DNA of 64,000 nucleotides from Ruditapes philippinarum (Eukaryota): NCBI RefSeq assembly GCF_026571515.1, contig NW_026858357.1, positions 124,001 to 188,000 of the forward strand, read 5' to 3'. Shown piece by piece: positions 62,797 to 64,000 of this stretch (position 1 is its first letter; each line of letters starts with the position of its first letter). The notes under the pieces were generated by a model. It saw only the letters and a program-made list of their open reading frames with translations, ran no database searches and was not told where the DNA came from. The position numbers and the translations under genes were made by a program.

Positions 62797-64000
62797 CTTT
62801 TAGTCAAGAGGTACACCAAGAGATCAGCTTCCACCAAGACCACCTGTGAAAAGTGCTCCACCTGTAAGCCGTATTTTCCCACATAGACCAGTGACAAGAG
62901 CTCAGATTGTGTCCTTCAGAAGTTCAAAAACAAATGACTGTATCCTTGTATTTAATAAAATAAAGTTCTGTTTCGCCTAATTCATCGCCTGACAGTGACA
63001 CCCACAGCCGCACCATTAGCATTCATCAGCTGTTGGATTTTCAGTCAATAAGAGGTGTGTCAAAGATGGCTTTTTCCATGGTTGCCTCACAATTTCATCA
63101 GGCCATTAAAACCAATCAAAATGCTCATTCTATAATACCAGTACCACGTTTGGTGAAACGTTAATTTTAGAAAAAATATAGTGCTCTCTGCTTTTGGAAT
63201 AATTTAGTTTAGGAGTAGTTTTGCCTTTTATATTGCTCCAGAGTGGGTTATGCAGTGATTAATCTAGAAATTCTTTACAATGCGTCGGATGACGCACATG
63301 TTTGAAAACAATGAGTCCTTTAGCAAAATCAATGAGTCATGTAGCAAAATAAATGCGTCTTAGCAGAATTTTTTTTAATAGCTAGCAGATCCTTGACATG
63401 ATTTGCATGTTTTTATAACAAGTGAATAAATAATTAAAGTGTATAAAAAAGTTTTTTTTTTTTGTACTAATATTAATTGCAGGCAAAACAATTTTTATTG
63501 GCTGCTCAAAAATCTAATTTGCATAATTTATATTTTCTTACTACTTAAGTCTAATACTGTGCATTATCCATTTTAATTGTTCGTAATTTGCACAAAATGT
63601 CCCTATCACACTGTATACATACTGACGACTTTTATTGCTCCTTGTATGCCTCTGTGTAGAAAGCATACACATGTAGACAGACCTTTTGATCATGAAAAAA
63701 AGTCATGCACAATGTTTCCCTGATTGGTTAATCACCCTGTCAAATATTCTGATGACGTAATAGACATCTTTTTTTTTACACTCCGCATGAACTTGAGTGA
63801 CCTTAGGGGAATTCAATTTACACACCTGTCATATACTGTAACTTACAGCATTTCTTAAAATAGCAACACTTTTTTTTTCAGTTACCAATATTTATTTAAA
63901 ATATTAAGTAGATTAATGATTTTTTGTTTGCTTTATTGGATTAAATTTACGGTAGTAGAAATGCTTATCTGTGTGGGAAAGGGATAAGGTAAATAGATAA

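Overview
This is AT-rich, intron-rich animal genomic DNA. The gene and repeat families suggest a bivalve mollusc (inference). There are five N-gaps and several stretches of low-quality, homopolymer-distorted sequence. Manual splicing with GT-AG boundaries and phase checks gives six genes. (1) The 5' part of a cytosolic sulfotransferase on the minus strand. (2) A RING-less B-box/coiled-coil/NHL TRIM-like gene with a +1 frameshift, nested antisense in the sulfotransferase's ~4.8 kb intron. (3) A complete 189-aa two-LIM CSRP/muscle LIM protein gene. (4) A DEG/ENaC/ASIC-family channel with at least 14 exons, one of which is an unusual 163-codon Ser/Thr-repeat plus Asp/Tyr-rich exon. (5) A ~193-aa secreted BRICHOS protein with a C-terminal two-Cys hairpin-like tail. 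(6) A small four-exon gene, only partly visible in the ORF track, for a secreted cationic Cys-rich peptide. Its CxC...LW...C...W...C...CCK pattern recalls the beta-defensin-like fold of sea anemone channel toxins (ATX-II/APETx/BDS). Genes 4-6 lie together, but any functional link is speculative. Non-coding DNA holds a Tc1 relic, Kolobok-type and 9-bp-TSD TIR elements, a foldback-like element, tRNA-derived SINEs, LINE 3' ends and several minisatellites. No rRNA, intact tRNA or CRISPR array was seen.
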